A stretch of DNA of 64,000 nt, taken from Podarcis pityusensis (Eukaryota). The translations under genes and the position numbers were made by a program. This document shows, one piece after another, positions 52,624 to 64,000 of this stretch. Below the pieces are notes generated by a model, which had not been told where the DNA came from, did no database searches, and worked only from the letters and a program-made list of their open reading frames with translations. Location of the stretch: the NCBI GenBank assembly GCA_964106645.2, contig OZ067054.1; one strand, written 5' to 3'. Each line of letters starts with the position of its first letter. Positions within the stretch are counted from its first letter, which is position 1.

Positions 52624-54035
52624 AGGGCATCCCCTGCTGTCCCCTCTTCCTGTCTGCTCCACAGCCTCCACCTGAACCCCCAGCCAGTCAGCCGCCCCTT
52701 TGTGTGGAGGAAGATGGAACCGCTGAAAGCACATTTCATACACCACGGGGCTGGACTCTTGGGGCGGAGGACGCAGAGGCTCAAGTGAGGGAGCCCCAAG
52801 CAGGGGCCATCGCTGTGCCATGCCATGCTATGCCATGCCATGCCCCAGCCTAGGGAGGGGGAAGAAGGACTGGAGTTCCTCCCCTGCCCCCTGCTGCTGC
52901 CCCGTTTAACATGGACGCTGATGTTAGGGGTGGGTTTGGAGGGGGCAATTGTTATGGGGGGAGGGGGGCTGTTGGGTTTTTTACAAGTTGCAGTTACAGG
53001 AATGAAGTTCTTTTTGTATACCCCAGCATCCTGTGTCTTGGGGGTGGGAGGGTTATTCTCCCTGCCTCCATTTCTTGCCTCTGTACAGACCCTCTCCCTC
53101 AGTTTAGTTTTTAGTGTCTGCGTTGGTAATGGAGAGAGAGGAGTCTCTGCTGTTTGGGGAGGGAGGGGCGGGAGGTGGTTGGACCACCAATGCAGCTACT
53201 TTTGGGGGTGGGGGGGGGGGATGCAGCTCATTCTACAACAGCTGTTCAAATGCTCAGCCCAGGGCGCTTGTGGCTTCAACCCACCCCCTCTTCTCTACAC
53301 ATGCAGCAATTCCTCTAACAGCACAAGCTGATTTTTCCCTCTGCTCTTCCCTCTCCAGACCACAAGGCGGCATGTCTAGGCAAAAATGCCTTGCCATTCC
53401 TCTCCATCGTTTTATATAAAACCTTTTTTAGGGGGGAGGGGGAGACGTTTTGGAGGTATGGAGCCTGACCCCACAAGGTCAGGGTGATAAGCTAGGAACA
53501 AGACTGCGGGACAATACTGTTGCCTGTTGAAGTACAGCTTTCCCTCTGGTTGGGGCAGGGATCTAGGTTCCCTCCCACTCCAAAGGACTATGTACACCCC
53601 CTCCACTCGCTGCCTCTCTGGACATTCCACAGAGGGGAAGGGAGAAGAGCAGTCAGGGCTTATTCTTCAGAGATGGTGGGGAATAGGCTATAAAATGAAA
53701 AGCAAACAGCTGCATTGACTGCTATGTCCTACCTCTCCATTGTCAGAGAGATTTGGCAGGTAAAGCAGGCCCCCTCCAAAAAATAGCAAACAAACCCAGG
53801 AGCAGACCCCCTTCCCCACCAACTTGCTCTGTGCCCTGGTCTTTTGTATTATAATGTATTTCGCTGTGTCCCCTTCCTGTTCAGACCCTAAGCTCCTTCC
53901 CACCCTACTCTCCTGCCCCATTTATTTTCCTTTGAGACAGGAACAGTCCTCCTAGGAGTTCCCCATGGCTGTCCACCCCTCCGCTCCCCCTCACCCTAGT
54001 GCTGCGTATCTGTCGTTTTTGTGCTATTTTGAACA

Positions 54036-54041
54036 ATTAAA
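54036..54041 (+). terminator. HCFC1 polyadenylation signal ATTAAA
   Basis: Variant hexamer followed by a T-run and GT-rich element. Confidence 0.55.
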
Positions 54042-54213
54042 GACCTCTTTTTTTGGAAACCAGGTTCTGTCTGTGAAACTAGATCTTTCCCTCATCCTCT
54101 TCTAGTACTAGGGCGTTTCTGGCTACCTTTTGGGAGAAGAGCCCTCTTACCCTTGTGGGAGGACTGGGACACAAGTGTTTTCACCATTGAAAAGCACAAT
54201 ATTGGCATTCAGC

Positions 54214-54219
54214 TTTATT
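54214..54219 (-). terminator. Rab7-like polyadenylation signal AATAAA (candidate)
   Basis: TTTATT on + strand about 225 nt past the stop. Confidence 0.5.
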
Positions 54220-54443
54220 TCCATGTGCTTGGGAAGAGTAGCCTGGGATATGATCCAGCTCTCCCAAGTGCTAGGCTGTGTCATCCAGAGAACAAAGGTC
54301 TACCTTGGGATCCAGCTCCAGAAGCCTTGCCAAATGTCCTTGGGGCTGTTCTGTGGGGTTGCACTTTCACCCTTCGGGATTGCAGAGCATGAAGAGCCCA
54401 GCCCCTTAGACAGAAGGAATCTTCCCATCTGTATTTGGTCAGA

Positions 54444-54533
54444 TCAGCAGCTACACTTCTCTCTGGCTGCCCCTTCGGGTGGCCTGGTCTCCAGGTGAAC
54501 TGAGTCCAGTTGTGGCTCTTCAGGTACCCTCCG
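54444..54533 (-). CDS. Rab7-like exon 5, [10 protein letters not shown]...REKCSC*
   Basis: CXC geranylgeranylation motif then TGA. Confidence 0.9.
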   Translation of the reverse strand, partial: RRVPEEPQLDSVHLETRPPEGAAREKCSC

Positions 54534-57500
54534 CTGAGGTGAAACAGAAAGAAAAGTGGTGAGGGGGCAAGTGGTTGATGCAGATGGGCAGAGGGCATGA
54601 GGTGCAGGCTGTTGGGAAGGACTTTGTCTTATAAGAAAGTTGAAAGCTGGGAGAGGTGTTTTTGTTTTTAGGGATAAAAGCCATCTCAAAGGTATGTGGT
54701 CTGTCCGGGGCCTTATAAGGGCAGAGCTGAAAATGAGGTTTCTTACATTCTTTAGTACGGCCCGTATGGCCCACTCAAACACCTCCTGCACGTTGGTGGC
54801 TTCCTTGGCGCTGGTTTCAAAGTATTTGGCTTCATGAAGCTTGCTCCACATTTCTGCTTCCTCAGAAGACACCTGGACAAAAACAGGGCTTGGGCATACT
54901 CTGCTCTCTTCCCAATTCCATCTGCAGCTCTTAATCAAAAAGTTTGTCGTCTTTTTAGTGTACATAATGAGACCAAATCTTTAAGATAATATAATTTTTC
55001 CACAGATACCAAATTCTACACCTCTGCTCGACAATTATGCCAAAGTCCTCTGGTGAAGCTGTTCATTAGGATACAATATTCCCTGAACTTTCTGTCCACT
55101 CCCCGTCTCCTTGAGTCGTTGCAAAGAGTTCTTACAGCCCCCTAACAGAACCCCTAAAGAGTTCTGACCCCTAACTACTCCAACCCAATATGTCTGAGAG
55201 CCATGCAGGATGTGGACTTGTGCCCTGCACCTGGCTCCATATGTAGCCCTACCTAGTGGCAGACTTTGGGCTTTAAAATTTCAGCAGTAAACTCTGCAAT
55301 GCCAAACTTTGGGGGGGGGGTGCCTCTCGCCTTTCGCTGTTTGCTATTGTTGCCGGGCCCCCTTAGCTCGGCAGCCAGTGGCACTCCCCTAAATCCACCT
55401 CTGCCCCACCTCACGGTTCTCCAGGTCCATCTTGTTCCCAATGACAGCAGTGGGGAAAGTGGGCTCTTCCTCTGGCTCAATCTGCAACAGGAGCTGCTTG
55501 TGCCACTTATCCAGGGCTTGGAAAGAGCTGACAGATGTGACATCGAAGACGAGAAGGCAGCAGTCTGACCCCCGGTAGAGGGCAGTCCCCAGTGCTTGGA
55601 ACCTTTCTGTACCAGCTGTGTCCCAAATCTAGGTGCAAGAAGGGATAGAAGCTGAGACCTTGATTTCAAGACATCCCTGGGTCCTTGGTGACTTACCTCC
55701 ATTAATCTTGGTTCTCACAAAGTTAGCAAGCATAGGTTTTGTCTGGGGGCATCAGGGGATACCATGCCAAATGATGGTGTGGACTAGAGTCTCCCGTTTC
55801 TTTATTCAATTGATGTTCTGGATTCTTCCACCATGTTTGACCAGGGTTGAGTGGCTGCCACAATTCTGCCAACAGCGAACTAATCTACACATCAGAATGT
55901 ATATAATACCAAATTGCTATAAAGAGATGGAGAGCTGAAGGGGAGCAGCTTTCTTGAACCCCATCTGCCCAGCTACGTTGCTGGGAGTGCAGAAGAATGA
56001 TCCATACTTCTACATTTCAGGTGCCAGCTGTCCATTGTGACTGGCGCCCAGAAAACGAGTGCGGTTATGTACTGTTTTGCCATAAAAGTTGGCAATCTTG
56101 GATTAAACCAGCAGCCAGAAAAAGTACTGAATTAGATGGGGACTGCAGCCCTGTCATGTTGAATGTTGCTTCCTATGATTAGTGGAAACTGACAGTTGTG
56201 CAAAATGAGAAACCACAGGAATATGCTTACCACAAGCTGCTGAATTCAGCTTTGTCACGGAACTTGGGTGTGTGTGGTGCAGTACTGTACACGGACACAA
56301 CCAGTTTGCTATATGGGTTAGAAGCCTTTCCTCAAGCCAAATTGGCTGCTAGCATTGTAAAGGATCTTTGGGGTGGGGTGGGGGCTATCTTGGTACATGC
56401 ACTTTGATCAGGAGTGTTTGCTGTAAAGGTGCCTTTTCTGCCATGCTCTTGATTTTTTTTTTCTTTTGCTTTTTTGAATGGATGGTGTTTAATTTTGCCC
56501 TGTTGGTATGGCACTGGCCATCATTATTGTCTATGAATTGATAAAACTTTGCATGGAACAATTGATAACATGATCCCAAAGAATGATCTGACCACATGTG
56601 GGGTAAATTCTGCTCAGCTTGAGGCTAACCTGGTCTAGCTTTGTAAGTTTTTGCATAGATAGAAGATCACTTTGGAAGCCATATGGTAAGCTCCTTACAG
56701 GAAGGGCCAAGTGTAGGTGCGTTTCGTTGATCTTGCAGCCCAAGGGAGAATTGTGTTAGTTCATGAGAGTTGGGCCATTGCATATTTGGGACTGCAGCAA
56801 TATTGAAATTTCAGTTTTTTAGTTGTGCATATTGCTTCTGTACAAATTGGGGAACAAGAAATGGAAATAAGAATTCAGCATTGTCATTAACATTAATTCT
56901 AGAAGGGAAAGGGTGTTTGCTTTAACTAAGAACCGATTTTTAGCAAATAGCTAGAGTCCACATTGTAATATGCTCGTGGCACCCCACCCGGGGCCTGTCT
57001 CATGGTGATAGGCTTTAGTCCACAAATGCCTGTATCTTATTGACTCTCTTAAGGCTGCCACAATAAAGCTAAAACAAGGCACTTGTAGCAAAACATAGCA
57101 GATTTGGGGTGCTCATATTGAGGGGGCCAGAGGACCCCTTTTCTAGAACATTCTGTTCCATTTTCCTGTATTTTATTTGCCACCACAATTGTCACTGAGC
57201 ACAACCGTCAATTCACTTGCCCATTTTAGATTCTCTTCCTTACACACAAACCTTTAAATATTTTCCTGAAATAGGTGCTTGTACAGAAATTGGATCCCTG
57301 CTACTGCTCCCTCCATCTTGTGCACGAAGGGTGCCATTCTGGCTACATAAGGCACATATAGGATAATTTTAGACCTGGCGTGGGGAACTTGTGGCCTCCA
57401 GGTGGTGTTAAGGCTCCCTCCAGTCTTAGCCAGCATGGCCAATGGCTTAGGGATTATAGGAGCTGGAAATGAAGTATGTTGCTAAAATTGCCCTAGGCTG

Positions 57501-59785
57501 GAGCACAGGGTTTTTTTAATGGGTAACTCTGCTGAGCCTACCTGCACGGTCAGTTTGCGTCCATCAATGTTTACTTCCTTGCTGAGGAAATCTGCTCCAA
57601 TGGTGGCTCTGTAGCGACTGCTGAAGCGGTTGTTAACATACTGGTTCATCAGGGCAGATTTGCCCGCCCTGCGGGGAACGGAGAAGGGTTGACATTTTAA
57701 ATCTGGAGGTCTAGTCAGTAACCTCCCCCCCCACCCCGCCGCCTCATCAACCAGCACAGGGCTGCAGAGGTGGAGCTGGTTCTCTGCTCCTGAACTGCCT
57801 CTTGCACACATGCACGCAGCCTTGTGATAAAGCCTTTTTGGTGGCAGCAGTGGGGAATCCCACGGTAAGATGGCGAAGGCCTTTTGAGCAGCAGTCACTG
57901 GGGCACAGCAGCAGGACGGGAAGGTCTGATGATTTGCTTGTCCCCTTCCGAGGAATATCTAGTTGGCTACTGTAGGAAACGCACTGCGTGAGGCTCAATT
58001 GGCCTTTTGAGTACAAAGGTTTGAAAAAGGCATAAGGAATGCCTGATGCAACTCCAAAGGCAGAATAAGTCATCTTGGTAAAACATGCTTAAAATCAAAC
58101 AATGGCAAAAGCATATCTTGCATCAAAATGCTTTGGCATTGCATGTACAAAGTCTCCAGAAGCCTTTTCTGATGGTGCCCTTTTTTTACTTGGGTCACTT
58201 TTGTACAAAGCTTTGTGTTTGACTGATTTTTGTCTTAATCATTTCAAACAACTGACATGGTTTCAAAATGATATTCAGTGCTTTGCATGCACTGTGTTTG
58301 GCAGCGTTTGAGCCCTACTCTTCTTGTGTGTTTTTCTTCACATTTGGTGGATAAAGGTTAATCCTAACTATTTTACTTTTTGGCATAAAAGGTAAATGAG
58401 AAATCTTAAATCCTCATCGAATTGGACAGTTGTATGCATTCATAATATCTTAAACACATACTAAGGCCCCTTTTGAGTTTAGATACAGATAATGGAAATA
58501 ACCAAATTATTTTACTCAATACATAAAAACTACACTATGTTTAAATAATGGTTATAAAAAGTTGAAGGTGAGTGTTAATTATAATTATACAGTAAGGATT
58601 ATTACTACACTGCCATAAAGCTGTGGTTACTTAATAAATTAGTTGCAACAACAGCTGCTACCAGGCTCTTCAGAGTCAGGTTGATGGGGGAAGGTTAAGC
58701 AAGCACATTTTTCTGAGTATTTTGATGTACATGTGTTTTTGTTAACACTTGTGAAGTTATGCTAATTTTCCAAGCATGCTCGACTAGAGGGGCAGCTGAA
58801 TAAAAATGCAGTAAGTTCTCATGTTCCATTTAGCTCCCCATGACTAGCAAATGCAGACTTGCAGCCTGACCCTGCACCTGTCTACTCAGAGGTAAATCCC
58901 ACTGAGTTCAAGAGGGTTGTATTCCTGCAGTCTAAAGTATGCAACATATTTAAAATGGCAAAATAATGTGAAGAGAACAAATCACAGTTGTGCATAAAAC
59001 ATACAGGCTGCAGGTTTTTCTTTTCTTAAAAAGCACCTTTTTATTGCATCGATGCTCTCTGGGTTCTGGCAATGGTAATACCACTGTGTCCATAGGATAA
59101 TAGTCACTTGACTTGGCCTCTAGTTATTTGGTGTTGCCTCTTCCATCTGCTTTAATTCTGGGAACAAACAGCTGGTCTAATTCAGCTGCACCCCACAAAA
59201 CTGTCCTGTTATCAGCTGCCTGTGGTATACACACGGAGCCCGGGCAGCTGCAACGTGGTCCCACTTGTTGCAGGTACTTTCAAGGACTTTGAAGGAGGTG
59301 GGACAGGAGAGCAGCGTGGAGCGCACCGGGATCTCGCTGCCCGTGTGAAGCAAAGACTAAGGCGCTCGCGGAGCGAATCAAGACGACTTCTTCAAGCGGG
59401 CGCCTCGCCCCAGGCCGCGGGGGCCGAACGCTTCCCAGCCTGGGCTGCAGAGAATACCGGGCGGGTGGTTGTGGAGGCAGCAGAGCCTCGCGGAAGTTTC
59501 TCCCTGCGCGCGTTTACCGGGCTGCCCCGGACGGGCTGCCCCTGCCCCTGCGCGGCGCCGCCCCTTCCACCTGCCGCCTTAACCCCTTGGCTGCCGAACG
59601 GGGACAGGATCCCGGGAAGCCTTCCTCTTCCCGCCAGCCTGGAGCCCCGACACCCGCTTAGCCGTCGGAGCCCGGCCGGGGGGCCAGGAGGGGCCAGCTC
59701 TCCCGGCGCCTTCCCGATCCAGGCGCCCCTTTGCTTACCCGGAATTGCCGATCAGCAGGATCTTGAGGTGGGAACGTCTGAACAT
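54444..59785 (-). CDS. Ras-related protein Rab7-like paralog, 202 aa; coding exons 59739-59785, 57542-57668, 55410-55628, 54747-54872, 54444-54533
   Basis: G1 GNSGAGKS, G2 [10 protein letters not shown]3 WDTAGTE, G4 GNKMD, G5 ETSAK and C-terminal CSC; canonical splice sites; 609 nt in one frame. Confidence 0.92.
54747..54872 (-). CDS. Rab7-like exon 4, VSSEEAEMW...[12 protein letters not shown]...LKN
   Basis: G5 motif; AG/GT ends. Confidence 0.92.
55410..55628 (-). CDS. Rab7-like exon 3, [14 protein letters not shown]...[10 protein letters not shown]
   Basis: Switch II, YRGSDCC and G4; 219 nt; absent from the ORF track, translated by hand. Confidence 0.92.
57542..57668 (-). CDS. Rab7-like exon 2, [11 protein letters not shown]...KLTVQ
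   Basis: P-loop and switch I; AG/GT ends; 127 nt. Confidence 0.92.
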
Positions 59786-60220
59786 GGGGCGTCTGCGCCA
59801 GAACCTGCGGAGAGACGGGCGGGTGAGGGCGGCGGCGGCGGCGGCGGCGGAGCAGCCCTACGGGCAGTCGGGTCAGCTCGGGACCCCCCCGCGGCCAGGC
59901 GTGGATTCCCGCGACCTTTGTGGGGTCCCCTGCTCAGTCCGCGGGGCGGGCGCCCGGACCTCGGCCCCCAAGCCCCTCCCCGGCCGTGCGCCCCCCCGAG
60001 CCACCTCGGCGCGGCACAGCCTCCCGCAAACTCCCTCCGGAGAAGGGAGGGCGCTGCTTGGAGCTCCGGGCAGCTGCTCGCTCTCGCCTTCCTGCCGGGC
60101 TGCTCGGCGCCAGGGAGGAGGAAGGGCGAGGGGCTGCGCCTTCCGGACACGCTTTCAGGCGAGGCCGGTGGGATCCGGCTTGTGCCAAGGCGAAGCAAGG
60201 ATCGCGATGGAGAATCTCAT
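59300..60220 (-). promoter_or_regulatory. CpG island over promoter, exon 1 and intron 1 of the Rab7-like gene
   Basis: Very high GC/CpG, GC boxes, short (GGC)n run at about 59828-59850. Confidence 0.8.
59739..59785 (-). CDS. Rab7-like exon 1, [16 protein letters not shown]
   Basis: ATG in CpG island; GG|GTAAGC donor. Confidence 0.88.
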
Positions 60221-60898
60221 GTCATAGTTAAGTCAATCTTAATGCTTATTAAGATCTACAGAGATAAACCATAGAAATCAGATCAGATTCACACACCTGT
60301 TCACAGGTGCTACTATCCTCACAACAGTTCTGCGGAGACTGGTGCTGGGCGCTTCCAGGAAACGTTGCCCTTGACCCTTAACCTAGTCTTGGAACCATGG
60401 GGGTGGGACGGGCATCCAGGGTCCGCATCGTGGGGCATCTGCTGAGGCCCACAGCCCTCCCTGCAGGGCCCTCCCACCCCACTGCAACCCTCTGCTTTGC
60501 TGCCCCTCTTTGCCACCCCTTCACCTACTCCCTCTGGTTGCTCAGAGGGAGTGGCAGCCTGGCCCGGGTCCAGAAGGGAAGGCTAAGTGAGCAGGCGGCA
60601 GCTGCACAGGAGGGGGGAAAGGAAGCCCGAGGCCCCCCCAGCTGTGCTCATCCAAGTGGTGGGAGAAATAAAAGGCACCCTGCACATGCTCAGATACAAG
60701 CACCTACGTGTTTTAACAAATCATTCCGCAAGTGCCACAATCAGCCTCTGGTGCTGGCACAAACTAAGTCTTCTTAAGCCCTTGGCGAGTGCCTGCTAAC
60801 TCTCTTGCTGGGCAGCCCTTTCCCTTCCTGTCTGATTCTGAAACTGCATTCGTATATTCTGTCATTTTCATTTCATATAATAAACCAAGCTTACTTTA

Positions 60899-61278
60899 TC
60901 ATAGAATCATAGAGTTGGAAGAGACCACAAGGGCCATCGAGTCCAACCCCCTGCCAAGCAGGAAACACCATCAGAGCACTCCTGACATATGGTTGTCAAG
61001 CCTCTGCTTAAAGACCTCCAAAGAAGGAGACTCCACCACACTCCTTGGCAGCAAATTCCACTGTCGAACAGCTCTTACTGTCAGGAAGTTCTTCCTAATG
61101 TTTAGGTGGAATCTTCTTTCTTGTAGTTTGGATCCATTGCTCCGTGTCCGCTTCTCTGGAGCAGCAGAAAACAACCTTTCTCCCTCCTCTATGTGACATC
61201 CTTTTATATACTGGAACATGGCTATCATATCACCCCTTAACCTCCTCTTCTCCAGGCTAAACATGCCCAGCTCCCTTT
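60899..61278 (-). mobile_element. CR1 LINE 3' end, little diverged
   Basis: Intact ORF2 C-terminus FSLEKRRLRGDMIAMFQYIKG...SPSLEVFKQRLD plus CR1 3' tail. Confidence 0.93.
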
Positions 61279-63179
61279 GTTAATGTGTGTCTCAAGACTT
61301 TTAATGTACAGCTATTTGTTTGCCTCTAAAAATTACTGGGTTGCCCATCTGGCATTTAAGAGGTCTTTAGGATCGCCAGCTCAGGACAAAGTTAAATATT
61401 AGGTGTCAGGAGTTTTATTTAAGCAGGGATAGAGGCAAACACATATTCGTAAATGGGTACACATTATAACTCTAGCAAAAGATTCCAAATCTCTTGGTGT
61501 GTGTGTATGAATACATGTGAGTGCTGGACATGCATGTGAATTCAGACATATACTGTAACACAGTCTGGAATGCCGTATTAATACCTGTTTTTGATGTGTG
61601 AGGAATGCCTTGAGAAGCACTGACCCTGGAAACCTAGCTTGGCTCAGTTCTGGAACAATCCGAGGTTGTACCACCCCCACCCCCACCCCACAACCTTCTG
61701 CCAATGCTGTGTATGCTCCTCACTACTAGGCAGCTAAATGTGCTTCTGTACATCTGGAATGTGGGGAAAGGTTGAATCTTAGAAGAACAATATGTGCATT
61801 GTTACATAATTAAGGTTAAGTGTAGAAAGGCCATGGAGCAAGCATTACATATGGGAAAACCCAGGGACCAGGCAGGCCCTGCCTCACAGAATTTGCAAAC
61901 TACATTTTGATTGTAGGGGAGACCACAGAGGAACAGTCAAGGATGCGCTCACTACTTTCAATGTGTCCTACACACATGAAATTCCCAGATAATTTTGCAC
62001 CATATCAGTTAGTGTGTGATGGTTATTTGGTGCTGTTTAAGGCACACAAGTGTGTCTCGTGTGCACCATCATGTGTGACAAATGCGCATGGATCTATTTT
62101 GCCACATGTGCACATTCATCCAGTGAACGGGGCAGAGGATAGTGAGTGACCTCCCTTGCACCACAGCACATGTACAAGCCTGCATTGGAATATAGATAGG
62201 GAGGGGATCTCTTGGTAGACCACCTGCCTTTCCTTGGATGTCCAAATGCAAAGGAAGTAGGGTGAACAGAAAGAAGAGGAGGACGGCTATTCCTTCACCT
62301 TTAACTGCTGTGCAGGTAATTTCAGCCAGAGTAGCTTGTTGTGTAAGCTACATCTGCTGCATTTCCCTTTTCTGCACCACTGTTAAAAGAAGCTGGAGCC
62401 ACAGACACCGGTTCCACCCAACTTGGGGGGGGGGCAGAGCAAGCACATGACATCATGTGCACAACATGCACATGTGATGTCACACGACGGGAGGAGGCCA
62501 CAAGGCCCAGTGCAGCTACAGACAGGCTGGGCGAGGCCCTTCGCAGGCCACAGAATATTGAGGGAGTCTGGCCCCTCTGAAAATTGGGGGGGGGAGGGCT
62601 TCAGCCCCCACAGATGGTGCCCCTGGCAGGAACCCAGTTCTCTTTTTACCCAGCCTCCTCAAGTGAAGACAAGTCTCTTACATCTTTAAAAGTTGCATAA
62701 AGGGGGGGGGGAGCGCAGCAGTTTGTCCTGCTGTGGGGCTGAGAAAAGCTCAATCTGCATTCTTTTTAGTTGCATAATTGCCTTACCTGACACATGTCCA
62801 GTAGACCACTTTGATTTGTAGAACTGGCACTGTGGCAGGTGCTACATAATACTCATTCCACAGTTGACAGAAAAATCAGTATTTTAGTGCGGCAGCAACT
62901 ACACTTTGGAACTCCCTGCCTGTTGCCTATTGATAGCAGGCAGCCGCCTTTACTGTACTTTTTTCAGTACCTGCAACATTTTTGCTTTGGGAAAGCCTAT
63001 CTAGACATGTAGAAGTTACATGTTTTGATATTTTGTTGCTGTTATTTTAATCACCTGCTTATCCTTCTTTGTTTTTATTGATACTTTTAATGTTTTTAAA
63101 ACTGCTTAGAGGTTTGACTGCAATCAAGTGTTATATAAATGCTGTTAAATAAAATAACAACTAAATTCCTGCTTTCACC

Positions 63180-64000
63180 CAATTGTTAAAAGACACGCCC
63201 CCCAGCTGTGAAACGCGGCTCTGAAGTAAGTAGGAGAGAGCAGGGGGTCCCTCCCCGCCTCCCCCAGATTGGCAGCAAGATTATTCGGATGCCTTGGCAC
63301 CTTGCTATGGTATATATTTGAAACGAACCATGTGGTCCTAGAGGGAAAGCACACGCACCGCCATCTCTCTCTCCAGAGTTCACCTGGGACGGGGGCGGCA
63401 GCTGCTGGCTTTTTGCTGCCAAGGGGGATTCCTCCCCTGACGTACGAGCGGGGCATCCCACTAGCGGTGACATCACGCAGCCGCGTTTGGGGTCGTCCCT
63501 GCTCCCAGTCGCCCCTAGGCCCTTCCGCTCAGCAGTCCCTCAGGACCAGCGGGGAGCCACCCGAGTTAGGAAGGCTGACTGGGGGCGTTTAAATGCTTTG
63601 TGCCTTTTGTTGCCCTTTTGTCGTCACGATCACTGTTCTGGGATTCCTGCTGCCGATCTCTGGGCCGGATCACGGCAGTTGTAGGGTTAACAAATGGAAA
63701 CAGAGGAAAAGGAACAAATCAGGGTCTTCGCCCCCCCACGTGGGGGAAAGGGTGGGGCTAGTGTCAGGTGACTTGGGGAAATCATATGACCAGCAGTTCC
63801 CTACTTCTGTAAATTTTTAAGTTTTGGGGGGTGGGCGTTGTACGTGGTTTTATGCTAGTTTCCCGCGGAGAGCGGCAGCGCGTTTCGGGACTCTCCCCTC
63901 CCCTCTCGGGGTCGGATCCTGGGACGGGCTGACTCTGCTGATCCAGGAGCACCTTCGCGCCCCTACAGGGATCGCCGCTGGAGAAAGCAGCGAGGATGGA
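63180..64000 (+). promoter_or_regulatory. CpG-rich promoter / 5' end of the next gene (RENBP expected by synteny); candidate ATG at 63996
   Basis: CpG enrichment, E-boxes at 63737 and 63763, possible acceptor at 63968, AGGATGG Kozak at the window edge. Confidence 0.45.

Noticed and set aside
54444-59785. Assigning the symbol RAB7A, RAB7B or RAB9
   Set aside because: Too divergent for the near-invariant RAB7A, lacks RAB7B signatures, and has introns unlike RAB9; left without a symbol.
59222-60274. 350-aa + strand ORF and overlapping long ORFs
   Set aside because: Low-complexity product of a GC-rich CpG island antisense to Rab7-like exon 1; non-ATG start and no domain.
63996-64000. Calling a RENBP CDS
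   Set aside because: Only five bases (ATGGA) are visible; synteny alone is insufficient.

Overview
Vertebrate genomic DNA, most likely a squamate reptile (probably a lacertid lizard, judged only from the repeat families), syntenic with human Xq28. In order it holds: the 3' ten coding exons of IRAK1 (+, 1-14251); single-coding-exon TMEM187 (-, 15955-16800); a CpG-island bidirectional promoter with about 18 YY1 motifs whose orientation flips near 27740; complete 26-exon HCFC1 (+, 29784-52623, 2200 aa, 8 intact HCF-1PRO repeats); an intact 5-exon RAB7A-like paralog (-, 54444-59785, 202 aa); and a CpG-rich start of a further gene at the right edge (RENBP by synteny, unproven). The Rab7 paralog is the most novel element. 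As far as I know it has no counterpart at this locus in human, and it carries natural K38R, Q67T, S72A and F77L equivalents. Interspersed repeats include CR1, L2 and other LINE fragments, Tc1/mariner-type and hAT-type MITEs, and a TSD-flanked 2.2-kb non-autonomous L1-derived element with its own 210-aa ORF. Exon boundaries were read by hand from GT-AG signals and frame continuity. Comparisons with human proteins are from memory, not from a database search.
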